A stretch of 54,062 bases of DNA, the filler included, from Sluysia triapertura (taxonomy: Eukaryota): NCBI GenBank assembly GCA_046118255.1. It is 3 parts of 3 records of this genome, joined end to end, with 100 filler letters (N's around TTAATTAATTAA, not from the genome) between each part and the next. Parts side by side here need not be neighbours in the genome. Positions count along the whole stretch, not along the records: positions 16,076 to 28,568 come from JBJNIA010103987.1; positions 28,669 to 54,062 come from JBJNIA010182945.1; 1 more part is not named here. One strand, given 5' to 3'. The notes below the pieces were generated by a model. The model was not told where the DNA came from and searched no databases. It was given only the letters and a program-made list of their open reading frames with translations. The first letter of the stretch is position 1, and each line of letters begins with the position of its first letter. Made by a program: the position numbers and the translations under genes. This document shows, piece by piece, positions 25,521-40,513 of this stretch.

Positions 25521-28470
25521 TTTATTTGCAATTTTATTATATTTAAGATCTAAAAAGATGTGAATTCGATAATTTAAAAATTACTATAAATGTCCAAAAA
25601 TTTATTATATAGTAATAATTTTCGATGATTTATTAAAGTTATATAATTTGAATTTCACGTTTAAGGTTTCAAAGCTATGGAAAAGCTTCTTTTCTTAATG
25701 ATTCAAAAATTTAAATCTTATAAATTAGTAAAAATAAACCGAATTATTTATTTTAAATAACATTAAAATAATTTACTATAATCTACTATAAAATTTATTT
25801 GTGTATAGAAAGTATGATATAAAAATTGATCATGGTGATGTTTAGTTAATACTTCGTAATAAAAGAGATACAAATTGTAAATATTATTATTTCAATTATA
25901 ATAAAATATATCTATTTTTTATTTAGATTTACTGTAAAAATTTTAATAAATATTACAGATTTTAACTTATTTTTTAAAATTAATTAAAAAAATCTCATAA
26001 ACTAACGTTATACAAATTCTAGTGTATATATGATTTAACAATTACTATGTGTTCAAAAAAACTCTTTGAAATAGTATTGAAATAATTTGATGTTAAAATT
26101 GTTCACAAATTTCTTGCACTAGAAAATTCAATGTTAAAACTTTAAAAATCAGTTCAATTATGTAATGTCTAACTTAAAATTATATTACTATATCGATTTT
26201 TAATGACCTTTAAACCTACACAACTATTGTTTTAATTATTCTCTAGAATAATAATTAATAATAATATTAATATAAATAGTAATAATAATTAAGTAATAAT
26301 AATATATTTTTTAATAATAATAATGTTAATTTTTTATAACTATTTCAAAACTATTCTGTTTCTTAAAATGAATTAAAACAATTCACATTATTACATAGAT
26401 TAATTATATACATTAAAATTACCTACATTTACTACAAACTTTTTTTACATATCGTACAATCTATTATAACAAATTTCTCCATTCAATCAATACATTTTTT
26501 CTTCTGTTGCTGCAGTGTTACTGCTTACTTATTCATCAAAAATTTTGTTAGATTAATATGTATTGTTTTATGTTCAATCTTTCGTTCTTTGTTTATTTTT
26601 GTGGGTTAATTGGCCGTTTAAGTTTTGTTAGTTTGGTTTCACCAGGACTTAAACCTTAAAATTTTTATAATTTAAAGGAAATTTTAAGAGAATTCGAGTT
26701 AAACAATTGAATATAACATATCGATAACACGTAATCCAAAATACATTTGCTTGAGCGAAATAGATAACTGTTGAATTATTAAAACAGCCCTCAAAATTAA
26801 GTTTTAGAAAATAAAAAGAAATCTTATTTTCTTTATCAGATTATTTTGTCGCTATTCAGCGAGATTACTTCCTACTATATTTTATATGTTATTCGTTTTA
26901 TAAGGATTTTTTGGTAAGATTTTAAGTTTAACTTGTAGGTAAGATAAGTAGTTCTTTTCGGGTATAATTTAAAGCAAATGTAAAAGTATTAATATCATAT
27001 TAATCCCAAACTAATCGATTAATACAAATTAAAAAATTATATTCAATTAATCAGTTACACTGTTAATTATAAAATTATACTCAATTAATCAATTAAACTG
27101 TTAATTACACACGAATTATGAGCAACCTTCGAATTGTAAATGTATTCAAAATAAAAATATATTCGATAAGAATTATAAATATATAATCCAATATTACTAT
27201 TTTGTTAATATTTCGTAATTAAGAGATTATGTTAATAATTTATTTTCGTAAAAAATTTTACTAATGTTTAAATACGTATTAAGTATGAAATTTAATTTTT
27301 TATTAAAATAAAAATAACTTATAATATTAACTAACGAGATTTTTTCTTTCACAGGAGACAAACAAATTTTTGGTACTACAATCGATGAAATTAAATGGAT
27401 TATATAATTCAATAGTTATTTAAGGAATCCGAATATAAGTTTTTCTTTAAAACTACTACTACAATAAATGTTCAAAATGAACGCCTTATTAATGTAACTC
27501 TTAAATTATTTTTAGAACTACTCTTTGGTTAATAATAATATTATACAAATTCAACCTTATCTACTACAACCTTATATACACAAATAAGAATGCTTTTGTT
27601 ACACTTGATATGATTGATTCATAACGCTAGCTAGTATTTAGACTAATTGATAAATACTTTAATATATTAGTAAATAATAAATACTTTAAAATAATTGTTA
27701 TATAAAAATTGTTAATAATATTAATTATAATAATTACTATTTTCTTTAATTTACTTATTTTTTATTGGTATATAAAGAAATAAACTTTATTTAATGAAAA
27801 TCGAATGCTCACTTCTCAGCTTATCAATGCAGCTTACCAATAAATAATATAAAAGGAGTTCGCCTACGATCCTAAACTTACGAGTTACGGTTTTGAGAAA
27901 GGTTATAAATATTAAGCAATGCAATAGAGGTCAAACATGTTTACAGATTATTTTGAGTGAAATCATAGGATTTATTTCTAATCTACATAAGTTAATCTTT
28001 TAATTCTAGGTTCGCACTGAGGCGAGATTAATAGAATTTAGACCTTATAATTCAATTTCTGTGTAATAGTTAGATTGATATAGTGTAGAATTTTACTCAG
28101 GTTCTATTTAAACATAACCGCGACAAAATATTTTGTTTTTCGCTCTTATACATCGAAATGATTTTTGAAAGAAAATTGTAAATTAGTTATATTTTGTTGT
28201 TGATCCAATTTAAAGGGATGAAAGAAGACATAATTTAAAAGGATTCAAGGGTTAAGTTTTATGTTTTAAAATATTTTTTAATCGAACAGAAGTTACTTTA
28301 TTACGAATAATTAACAAGTCAATATAGTTATCAAGTAACAAAAATTTAAAGATACACTGATAGTAAATTAAAATTCTTTTCTTGTATAATATACAATAGT
28401 TATTTTATAAGATTATAACTATTTTTATAAATTTCTTCAATTCAATATTTATAACAACTTTAGTATAGAC

Positions 28471-28568
28471 CAGGGCTTCTTAAACTTTTTCATATAGCGA
28501 CCCCCTTCAAGCTTAGGAAATTTTAAACGACCCCCTCCTCCATATAATGAAATATATATTAACCGTAG
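28471..28568 (+). mobile_element. hAT (Charlie-like) element end, truncated by contig end
   Basis: CAGGGCTTCTTAAACTTTTT terminus preceded by GTATAGAC (8-bp hAT-type target), with repeated CGACCCC subterminal motifs. Confidence 0.65.
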
Positions 28569-28668
28569 NNNNNNNNNNNNNNNNNNNNNNNNNNNNNNNN
28601 NNNNNNNNNNNNTTAATTAATTAANNNNNNNNNNNNNNNNNNNNNNNNNNNNNNNNNNNNNNNNNNNN
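28569..28668. other. Assembly spacer (N44-TTAATTAATTAA-N44)
   Basis: Same 100-nt pad as 15976-16075. Confidence 0.98.
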
Positions 28669-29097
28669 AATTAAAGACAAGTAATAAATCTAAAAACTTG
28701 TTTTTAAATTTTTCTTCAAAATGCTATATAAAATTAATTCATACATCTTCCATAAAATGGTGTCCGGATCCAGCCGCCATAAAAATATTTATAACACATA
28801 TAAATTTTGGTCAAAAGCTGAGAGCAGTAAAAAAGACAATAAAAATTATTCATATGATAAAAAATAAATTAATCTTCATAAATATTTTAAAATATGTTTC
28901 ATTTTAATAGATTTTAATTTTTTTTATCATTCGCACAATTTTTGGCATTACCATATAAATCGATTGCTTTTTATTATCATATTAATAATTATCATGAATC
29001 GAACACGTAATTTAAAGTTGCATATTTTGCACAATATTAATTGTAACAATGACAACATATTAATAATTGTTTAATTAAAAAAGCTCTACAAAATAAC

Positions 29098-31172
<2,075 letters not shown>

Positions 31173-31987
31173 TTATATTTTGAATATTTATTTTAATTCT
31201 ACAAGAAACTTCAAATTACATAATATTATATATAGTAAACATCAAAAAGTAAATATATAATCGTATATTTAAAAAGTATTTAAAAATCCAACTTAATTTA
31301 TATTTTTTTAAAAAATTCGGTTTCTAAAAATACTAAAATCATATTATTTTATAGTTTTTAAAAATTATAATCTCAATGAAAATTTAGACATATCTAAAAA
31401 ATTGAAAGATTTAAACAAAATTACAAATAACACATAGCATTTGTGATAAACGCATTCAATTTTATATTTTAATGCACAAACAATGTGAAATTTTATTTTA
31501 TTTCATATACATATAGAGATATAACATAAGTCACTTATCTTTAATAATAAAATAAAACGTGACTTATTTTAAGCATATTATGAATCAAAAAATATGTTAC
31601 CCTGCGGTAGCTCATCTTGAAACTCAAATATATTACTAATACAAACAGTAATAATAATAATAAAAAAAACACAAACTATTTTAATTTCAGCACATCATAA
31701 ACTTTACAATTTTCCACTACAAATATTATATTTCCATTTCTACCTTAAATATCAACTTAAAGTTTCTGCTTTTTATTTCAATCATATATCTAAGAAGTTC
31801 TAAACTCTTCTTCAAATCTACAAATAAGAATTATTAGAACTTTAATATCTTCGGGAAATGTTAAAATAAAAAACTATACATTATCAATTTCATTTTGTCA
31901 AAGCACCAAGCGCTAAAAGCACCCATGAATTTATTAATAATATTATATAATAATTATTATTGGTTTTAATTTTTGTTGAATGTATAT

Positions 31988-32100
31988 GTGAGTTCCTTAC
32001 GATCCTGGAATTACTCACTTAAAGGCTAGTTCTTAAGTGTCAGCAAAAAAATAAATAATTGGAGGTCAATTAGGAATTGGTGCTATGACGAATGCTAATG
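31988..32100 (+). other. Family A hairpin element copy
   Basis: GTGAGTTCCTTACGA...TTACTCACTTAA...TAAG-TGTCAGC; hairpin at 31997-32036. Confidence 0.75.
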
Positions 32101-32561
32101 TATTTTGGATGTTAATAAGTTAATAATAATACTAATAATAGGTGAAGTATTTTATATATGATCCTAATATTTAAAAAGGATCTGAATTCTGTTGATATGA
32201 CTTTGGACTTTATGATTTGTTTTTCTAATTTATTATAAACAATTTATTTATTGATTTTTTTATTTAACAATTTATTTATTATTTTATTGCAATTTATTGA
32301 TTTGTTTTTAAAATCATTTAGATTTAAATTATTGGAATAAACCAAGTAATTATATTTATTTTAAATTATTAATTAGACATAAATTTTAATATCATTAAAA
32401 TTAATTAAACTTAACAAATAAATTAATTAAATAAATAAATTAAATGTTTAAATAAATTAAATAAAATATATTGTTTAATTCTGGCCAAGGCCAGCTAAGT
32501 CGACTATTATTGGTCGCAAGATTTACCAAGCATCTCACATTTTTGTAAACACAACTTTTCA

Positions 32562-33051
32562 AAGGTTCTGTCTTAAAAGAAACCTATCTAACAAAATCGT
32601 TAATGTCGGGAGGAAAGTACGGCTAATTAGAGACGATTTATGTCACTAGATGACGACGGTCTAATTAGACTTATGAGTAACGCAAAGAAATTAACTGTTA
32701 AAAATAATCACAATTATGGCGAATGATGTGCAATAGGAATGTAGAATAGTTAAAGTTAATAATAGAAATGCGAAATAATTGAGGTTAATAACCTTAATTA
32801 TACTTTAAGACAGCCTTTTTAAGGTCTGTCAAATGTTCAAATAATTTAACGGTTAAATCAACCTTTTTACGGTCTGATTAAATTATCGTGGATTGTAAAT
32901 AAAACAAACTAAGTTGACTACCGAATAATTTTATTCAAAAAATTACTGTAATAGACTTTACAAGACAAACAATATAATAATGATAATATTTTGAATCTTA
33001 AGATAATTATCTTAGATTACAAAATCAAATTTTAGTTAAAGTTTAAGTCAG
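32562..33051. repeat. Structured element, locus 3: multi-stem fold plus bulged hairpins
   Basis: Fold at 32623-32668. Hairpins at 32809-32830 and 32856-32879; a third is cut off after TTTAAGTCAG at 33051. Homologous to 19775-20240. Confidence 0.85.
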
Positions 33052-34628
33052 TATTGTGGTTATATTATGATTAATTCGAAGATTATAATATTTATATTTG
33101 ATAATTATTGTATTAACATTATTAATTACTCTACATTTAATTACATTTAGATCTATTATATAAATTCTTGCACGTTTTCAAATATTTATGATTAAAAAAT
33201 TAGTGCTTAAGGCACAAATCGGTTTCATTATTAAATGAAAATTTTGCAATATAAAAATACAAGGTTGTTTCATTTATTAACCACGACAGAAAAATTTTAA
33301 TCATTCTTGACACATAATAAGTCATATAAAAACTACAATTCTTACGTCTCGCATTATTAATGAACCTAACTGACACTTGATAGCTTGACGACCGAGTGCA
33401 ATTTGAATTTGACAATCTAATTCCTTCACTTATGTAGATAACCACGCATTTGTCATTTTGATGCAATTTATACGCCTTATTATAGTCCTTTACCATGCTT
33501 TCCAGGTAAACGTAGACAAGTTTATAAGATTTAAAACTAAACATGATTACATTACTTAAGTTATGACTATCTTGTAAATTGAAATTAATATAAAAGCTAT
33601 TATAAAGTTCGATTTGTAATAAATCAAAATTTTTGTTATACAAAATAAAATAAAGACAGTTGAATATTAATTTTAAAAGAATAACAGTGATTATTTTTAT
33701 TTTAGTTATATCATGTTTGGAGGTGATGTTACAACAGAAATAACGTATAAGTAATAAGTGTCATTAATTCTTTTTATCGCCAAAACTTCCTTAAGTTTAA
33801 AATTATATAAGTATTTCAAATAATGATCTAAATAGAAGGATATTCTAGTCGCTTAAGTTTATTATATTCATCATATTTGAAGTAAGGTAAGTGTCGGTAG
33901 TACTCTTATTAACGACACTTCTTTAATTTTAAATGTTTTTAAATAATCAAATTCAAAATTGAACATATAATATGTTCAATATTGAACATATAATAAACCA
34001 AGTAATGTGCTGCTCGACCAACTACATCATGCCTTTTTATTACTACTCGATCACCATTATCACCAGTAGCCAAATTCGAGAAGGATTGTGGTATCATCAT
34101 CATTGAGAAGTTCCTTTTTTACATCTTTCACTTGATAGTAATACCATTCTATATTTAATGTTTATCCTTCACCTGCTACATCGCTTGAATCCACTTGCAT
34201 TTCAAATATAGTAAACCATTGAACCATCGGACAATAATTTAAAAAATCTTGAATTTGCATTTTTGTCTGTTTTTGGATGGTTATATGTTATATTTATATG
34301 CTACATACACTATGAATTTAATTGGCCGTTGTGTGTATGTTATTACTATAATTATCCTCATAACCATCGTCATTATTGTAATCATTATCATCAGATTGAT
34401 TGTGATCATCACTATATATATGATCATCATAATTGTAATTATTATTATTACCACTACTACTACCATTTTTATTAGTAGTAGAAATTAGGTTTTGTAATGT
34501 ATTTAAAAGTAGCATTTGTTTACGTTTGGGACAGTTTTCATATTATTGTTTTTGATGATTAGCAAAAAATAAACATATTTTTCGATTACTGCTAATCAGG
34601 AATTAACATATCACACGCGTTATATGAT

Positions 34629-35413
34629 TTATTTAAAATTAAAATTATATTTATATTTGAGAAATACTGTACATGTACATACATTTACAAATGTTAAACA
34701 GAAGACCAACTCTCGAGATGATTTAAAAATTTTTGATTGTAGTGGCAAAGTTTCTAATACTTTATGAGCATGTTTTAATAACTGTACAGATAATTGGATT
34801 TTATAATTTAATATTTTAACAACTTTGAGAACCATTAAATATATGAGATCTTCTTTGCACTCAATATTAATGGAATTTATATTTGTTAAACTATTTTCTA
34901 AATTTTCTTCTGAAATAACTTCTGCTTCTAGAATAGAAATAATGTTGTCTATCATTTTGATATCTCTATTATTATATCACCATTTTTGTTGGCCACCGTC
35001 TGCGTTCAAAGTGGAATATCTTTGCAATGCTGGACAAATCCGAAATTGTGTCAAAAGCTTCCGTATGGTCATTTACGTTTGTAATCAAAAAAATAAAAGG
35101 GAAACTTGAACTAAGAGAAAATAAGCACAAAACACGTACATTTCAGATATAAAAATATAAAATAAAAATTGAGAAATAGAGCAAGAGGAGAGTGTGTCAT
35201 GACGATGATAAAAATGACAATGAAAACTGAGTTTAATATTTTGATTTAAAAATGTTAATAAAAGAAATTTTACTAGACGTTTGTGATTTTATAATGATAA
35301 GTAGTGTAATCTTGTGAATGATGTGTAAAATTTGCTATGGTATAATTTTTTGTGTTGAGGTTTGTGTAGATGGTTTATGTGATGTGTAGATAGGTGTAGG
35401 CTGGGCCACTACA
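34629..35413 (-). mobile_element. Gypsy-like LTR (35413-34987), PBS-like TGG and gag-like ORF relic
   Basis: Minus strand begins TGTAGTGGCCC, ends GGCCAACA, then AAAA-TGGTGA, then ORF 34955..34629. Confidence 0.55.
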
Positions 35414-36735
35414 ACAACAATTTAAAGAACATCGTATTTTTAGGTTTAAATACTTGTCATATTTCACTTTATTTTGTTAATCTTGTGTGATTCTCAATAA
35501 TACCTTTTACACATACAACTTATTGCAAGATAAGAAAATGATTGGATATTAACTTGAGGTAGTTACATTGTAACAGTACGTTATGCACACAAACGTACAA
35601 ATATGTCAACATATAGATAATATCTACCTTCAACTTGTTGTCATAAGCTTAGTAAGGATAACTCATTAAGTCAAAACACCATAAGCAATCGACTTGTGGT
35701 GCACTCTACTGAGGATTAATATTTAATAACAAAGCCCGAAATAATTATTGTTCTATTTAATAATATAAATAACGAATAGTTTGTAATAAAAATTTCATTT
35801 TTGTAAAACATTTAATTATCACACTTAATAAAATGCCTGTTTTCTAAAATTTGCACTTATAATATAAATTAATCAATAAAAAATAAGTAGCTTAAAAGCT
35901 TTTAATATTGATTCTTAAAAGGAAATCTGAATTTTAAGTAGTAAAAAAGAAAGTAAGATTAAAAATAATAATCTCGGAAATATGAGATCCCAAAATAACT
36001 AAATAGAAAATTGACATTATTGTTTATATAAATAATTGGATAATAGGTTGGAAAGAAAGTGTATTTAAAAATTGAAAAATTTTTTATTTAATAAAATAAT
36101 TATCATACTTATTGAGATATGATTCCACATCTGATATCTATTTAATCAAAAAACATAATAATAGAATAATATATATTAAGCATGATTTTCCTACGTTAGA
36201 AAATAAAAGTAGTAATTATTAATAGTAATCAATACATCAATTACTGATTGAAGCTAACATTAATCATTTTGCAGTTCCTGTTAAAATAAAGGGAAAAGTT
36301 GACTGTATAAGCTATAAAGCTATAGCGAAAAGTAATGCTGATGTTGTTTTGTTTAATGAAGACAACCTACTATCGTATTGAATTCGCTTATGATCGAAGA
36401 CTTAGTAAAACAACACAAAAACTGTAAATTTAAGAAACTAAAACAATAATATAGAAAATCTACCAACGGATATTTTTATTCAAAATTTCAGCCAAAAACA
36501 TGTAAAAATGGTTCAAAGCATGACAGTTACAGAAACAGAAAAAACTAAATCTAAAGTAGACGAAAACAGGAAAAAATATCATTCAAGCATTTTCTTACAA
36601 TTTTCTCGAAATTTTGAATAAAATATATTAACATTCTGAAATCTTTCTTGAGCAACATGATTTCATTGAAAATCAATCTTATAGGTGCACTTGATCAGAT
36701 TCAATTCCATGTGCACTGTCATAGTTTTGATATTA

Positions 36736-37049
36736 CTGTAAAATCCCGAGTATAAGCTGCAGCTAATACTTACATAAAGGCAACATTTTTGAATTGCAGC
36801 TAATATGATGTGTAGTTTATACAACTAAAAAACAATTCAAATTGAATATAAGATTATTTATTTGCTGAACTAAAAGATCTTCGTTTTTTCTTTTGTTTTT
36901 TATCCATTTTAATCAAGGATTCAAAACAAAATGGTTATTGTCACTGTGACATTTGTTTTTTAATGATAGGTTGCTGATTTTAAAATCATGATCATCAACG
37001 CAAATGGTGCAGCTAATACTTGCTGCAGCTTATGCTCGGGATTTTACAG
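36736..37049. mobile_element. 314-bp MITE, Tc1/mariner superfamily (Tc2/pogo-like ends)
   Basis: 28-bp TIRs CTGTAAAATCCCGAGYATAAGCTGCAGC (one mismatch), TA on both sides, internal repeats of TGCAGCTAATA. Confidence 0.92.
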
Positions 37050-37769
37050 TATCTCCTTTATAAATTTAACTTGAAGAGTGAGTTATTTACTCGTCTTTGT
37101 TCTTAAAGATGGAAATGCGTATTGTAATTCTTATAATTTATTAACCTCAATTCTTATTTTTCAGTTCCTTTTAAATGAACTAATGAACTTTATTCAAATA
37201 ATATATTTGAATAAAGCTGAAGTGAAATCGAAATATAGTTTACATTGAATAATAATTCTCTATAAATCTTTCTGCAAAATAATTCACAATCAAAATATAA
37301 CTTTACGTCGACTATAAATTACTTATTCCTTGCTATTCAGTAACAAAGTATGAATTTAAAATTTGATTTTAAATACCTTGTGCAGGAAAATAACTAACTT
37401 TCGAAACTGCCTTGTAAATTGTCTGCAGATAGAAACCAAAGGGACCACTTTGTGCAATTGAGATTATTTGTGATTTTGTCAGTGTTTACTAAATAAAAAA
37501 AGCACACATAGTAGCTCTGGTTTGTATATCAATAACAATTTATTTATTTGCATTTCAATAATCATTTTGTTGCTATTTGTATATGATACAGCTTTGTAAC
37601 TTTCAGGTTACATTGGGCTATTGTGGTAGATTTGAGTGTTTAGAAAGAGTTGTGCTTTATATTTTTAAATTTATAAATCAAATAGCCAAAATTTGGATAC
37701 AAAATCATAAAAAAGAGAAATTAGTATTAGCAGTAATAGATCCGAATTTCTTTATTAGATTCTGAGTCC

Positions 37770-38045
37770 GATGAAGATCACCCAGTAGCATTTACCAGAC
37801 GACACAAATATTATTGACAGTGACGACGAACTGAGTACTGAGGAAAATTCAATACCGCAAAAAATTGTTTGGCAATCATACCAGACGAATAATAATTGTC
37901 ATCGCTATTGGAAAGGATATTGACATGTGACTTATTTTCGAAAACTATTTTAAATCATGAGTAATGTAATGGACTAAACCAATACATATACAGTGCAGTT
38001 TGATCCAGCAAAACCCATAGGTGTGTAAGATTTATTTGGTGTGAT
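37770..38045 (+). mobile_element. piggyBac transposase N-terminal relic
   Basis: Acidic IIDSDDELSTEE, then VTYFRKLF and NTYTVQFDPAKPI in broken frames (cf. piggyBac-family TN.Y..Q.DP.KP). Confidence 0.5.
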
Positions 38046-38050
38046 TATTT

Positions 38051-38160
38051 ATTCCTTACGATGTTAGACTTCCTCACTTAAGGGCCTAATTAAATAATTA
38101 ATGTTATAATGTCAGGAATTTAGTTTCTGTCTTCTTGCAATGACAGGTTAAATTATATAT
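38051..38160 (+). other. Family A element, partial copy
   Basis: TCCTTACGATGTTAGACTTCCTCACTTAAGGGCCTAA, with a tail (TGTCTTCTTGCAATGACA) resembling that of the 6817 copy. Confidence 0.7.
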
Positions 38161-39329
38161 TTTACTTCGTATCCCAATTTAATACTAAACTTTATAGATT
38201 TATCAAGAATATTTAGAAGAGTTATTCAAACTATAATAACTTTTAAATAACCACTATGATGAGATTTTGTAACTTCTCTTTCATTTTGTAGAGATGGAAA
38301 TGATATTAGTACTTTAAACCACGAAATGAAGTATCTGCGAAATTAAATTACTGAAAATGAAATTTACGTTTAAGTGAGGAGTAGAACTTTAATTATTACT
38401 TAAATGAGAAATACAAACTTTAATAAAAAGTTATTCAAAAAGCAAATTATCACTTAGAAATACAATTTTAAAATAGGGTTACATTTTAAAACTTTTAGAA
38501 TTTTTCACAAAATTTATTTTATTCGACTTTTTCGATTATTGAAATTATGGAACAATTATTTTGAATAGGATTCTTAGGCAAGATTAAAAGGATTCCAAGG
38601 AAATGTGAATTCAGTTAACAAATTGTCAAAATGTAGTGACGGGATTCCAATAAAGTTAAGTAAATTGTCAGTGTGTATTAATATAATAAAGTTAAATAAA
38701 TGATGTCTAACTTTTTCACAAAGTTGTTTATCAAATGAAATATGGTAAATTATTGTTCAATTTTCGTGACATCTTTATTACGTTCGATCTCCATCCATAT
38801 AAGCTTCCAATATCTAACCAATTTATTTCTATAACAATTCATAAGTATTTAGATTTACACTCTCATTGTATAACCAGTTTCTGCATAAATTGTCATTCAT
38901 GTATTTATATATATTAGTTAACTATAATTTATTTTATAGTTTTAGCCAAGTACCTTTGTGCATTTACATCCGCCATGCTAGATAGTATTTGTGCTGGTTA
39001 CTAATTTTGAGCTATTTTTCTTATTTTATTAGTATAATGGATTCCTAGCTACTTTCTCTGGGTTTGTTTTTAATTTCCTTGTTTTCCTTCTTTAAAGATT
39101 TTTCCAAAGTATATAAAAATACTTTGGGTATTTTCTAACGATTTCTCTAATTTATTTAATTTAGTCATAATTTTTTCTGAGGTATTTTAAAGCCAATTTT
39201 AAATACGTTGAGGAAGAAGTTTGTCGCCGTGTTATAATAATACTTATTCAAAAATAACCAATCTTCAAAAGAAAGACCATCATTATCCAAAAACCTCCTG
39301 CCACGATCCGTAAGGTTTTGGATTTGACA

Positions 39330-39560
39330 TATCTTAAACTCATCGAATAACTTAAATAGGCGGCCTTTCGTAAAATTCTACATTAATCGGAATATTCACC
39401 ATCAAATTCTTCATTCTTGTTGTCAGTCTTTCTGGTTATATGCAGCTTTCCTTGTCTGTTGAAACAAAGCACATTTTCGAAAAACAAAATTTGGTTACTC
39501 GATCAATATTTTAAGACGGTGCATGGAATTTTTTCCTCAAGCACCTAATATTTTGAAGCA
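39330..39560 (-). mobile_element. Highly decayed Tc1-like transposase fragment
   Basis: KY*VLEEKIP...LFQQ / KLHITRKT...ERPP parallels Tc1 Y..ILE...P...FQQDNAPCHT...WPP. Confidence 0.35.
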
Positions 39561-40513
39561 AGTGAAATATAATTACGATTTCATTTATTTTATAAGTTAT
39601 TAATAAATTTATTTATTTATTTTAACTCATTGAATATTTTTCATGTTTAAAAATAATTTTCAAGTTTCAAACTTAAATGATAAATTTAGCAGTTACGTAT
39701 TATTTCACATTTTAAAAACATCCAAAATGTAATTCACAATAATAAATCAAACATTCAAAGTCAAATATTATTTTAATTATTATTAATAAAAGGTTATATT
39801 TTTTATAGTCACTTAAATTAGCATTGTTTTCTGTCTTTTGTTTAATAATATTTACAGTTTTTTACAAAAATTGTACACTAAATGTTTGCACGTTAATCAA
39901 ATAATGAAATATGAATCTTGCCACGAATTAAAAATTTTAATTGTATGATGTAAAATTGTAGAAACTTTTACACCAACATTATTTTTCATTTCTCTATTTA
40001 AAATGCACTTCCTGCCTTACTAAATTTTCAACAATATTAACTTTTTGGTGTCACATTTCTGTTTGGTAATATGTGGTATTTCAGCTGGAAACCATATAGA
40101 CCCATTATTTGTTTTATGAATGATTAACTATAAATTATAGTTTCTTTTTTTATCACAAACTAAAATCTAAAAACTATTTACAAGAAAACAATAAAATTTA
40201 CAAGAAATAGAATAGTAAAAAACACAACTCTTGTAATACGATATTTTTCAATGTTGATTGTGATTGGTTGAGGTTGCTGGTGGTACAAATATTCTTGAAA
40301 TTTTGTCCGCCAAGTTTATGGAAGTGTATATATAACTGTTAGTGCAGTGACGAATAATATTTGGCATAGAATGATTGTTTCTTTATGTAGTATCTGAGAT
40401 TTTTTTGTATGAAGCCAGAATATTGTTAATATTGTTTGATAGGATCTAGTGTTTATGAATTACTAACTAGTTTTAATAACTAGTTTTACAGTTGCTAAGT
40501 TATGGTTCCCTAA

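Noticed and set aside
34249-34515. Overlapping ORFs rich in I, H, Y, N and D (also 2218-2403, 4325-4688, 50216-50468)
   Set aside because: Products of triplet microsatellite or low-complexity DNA.
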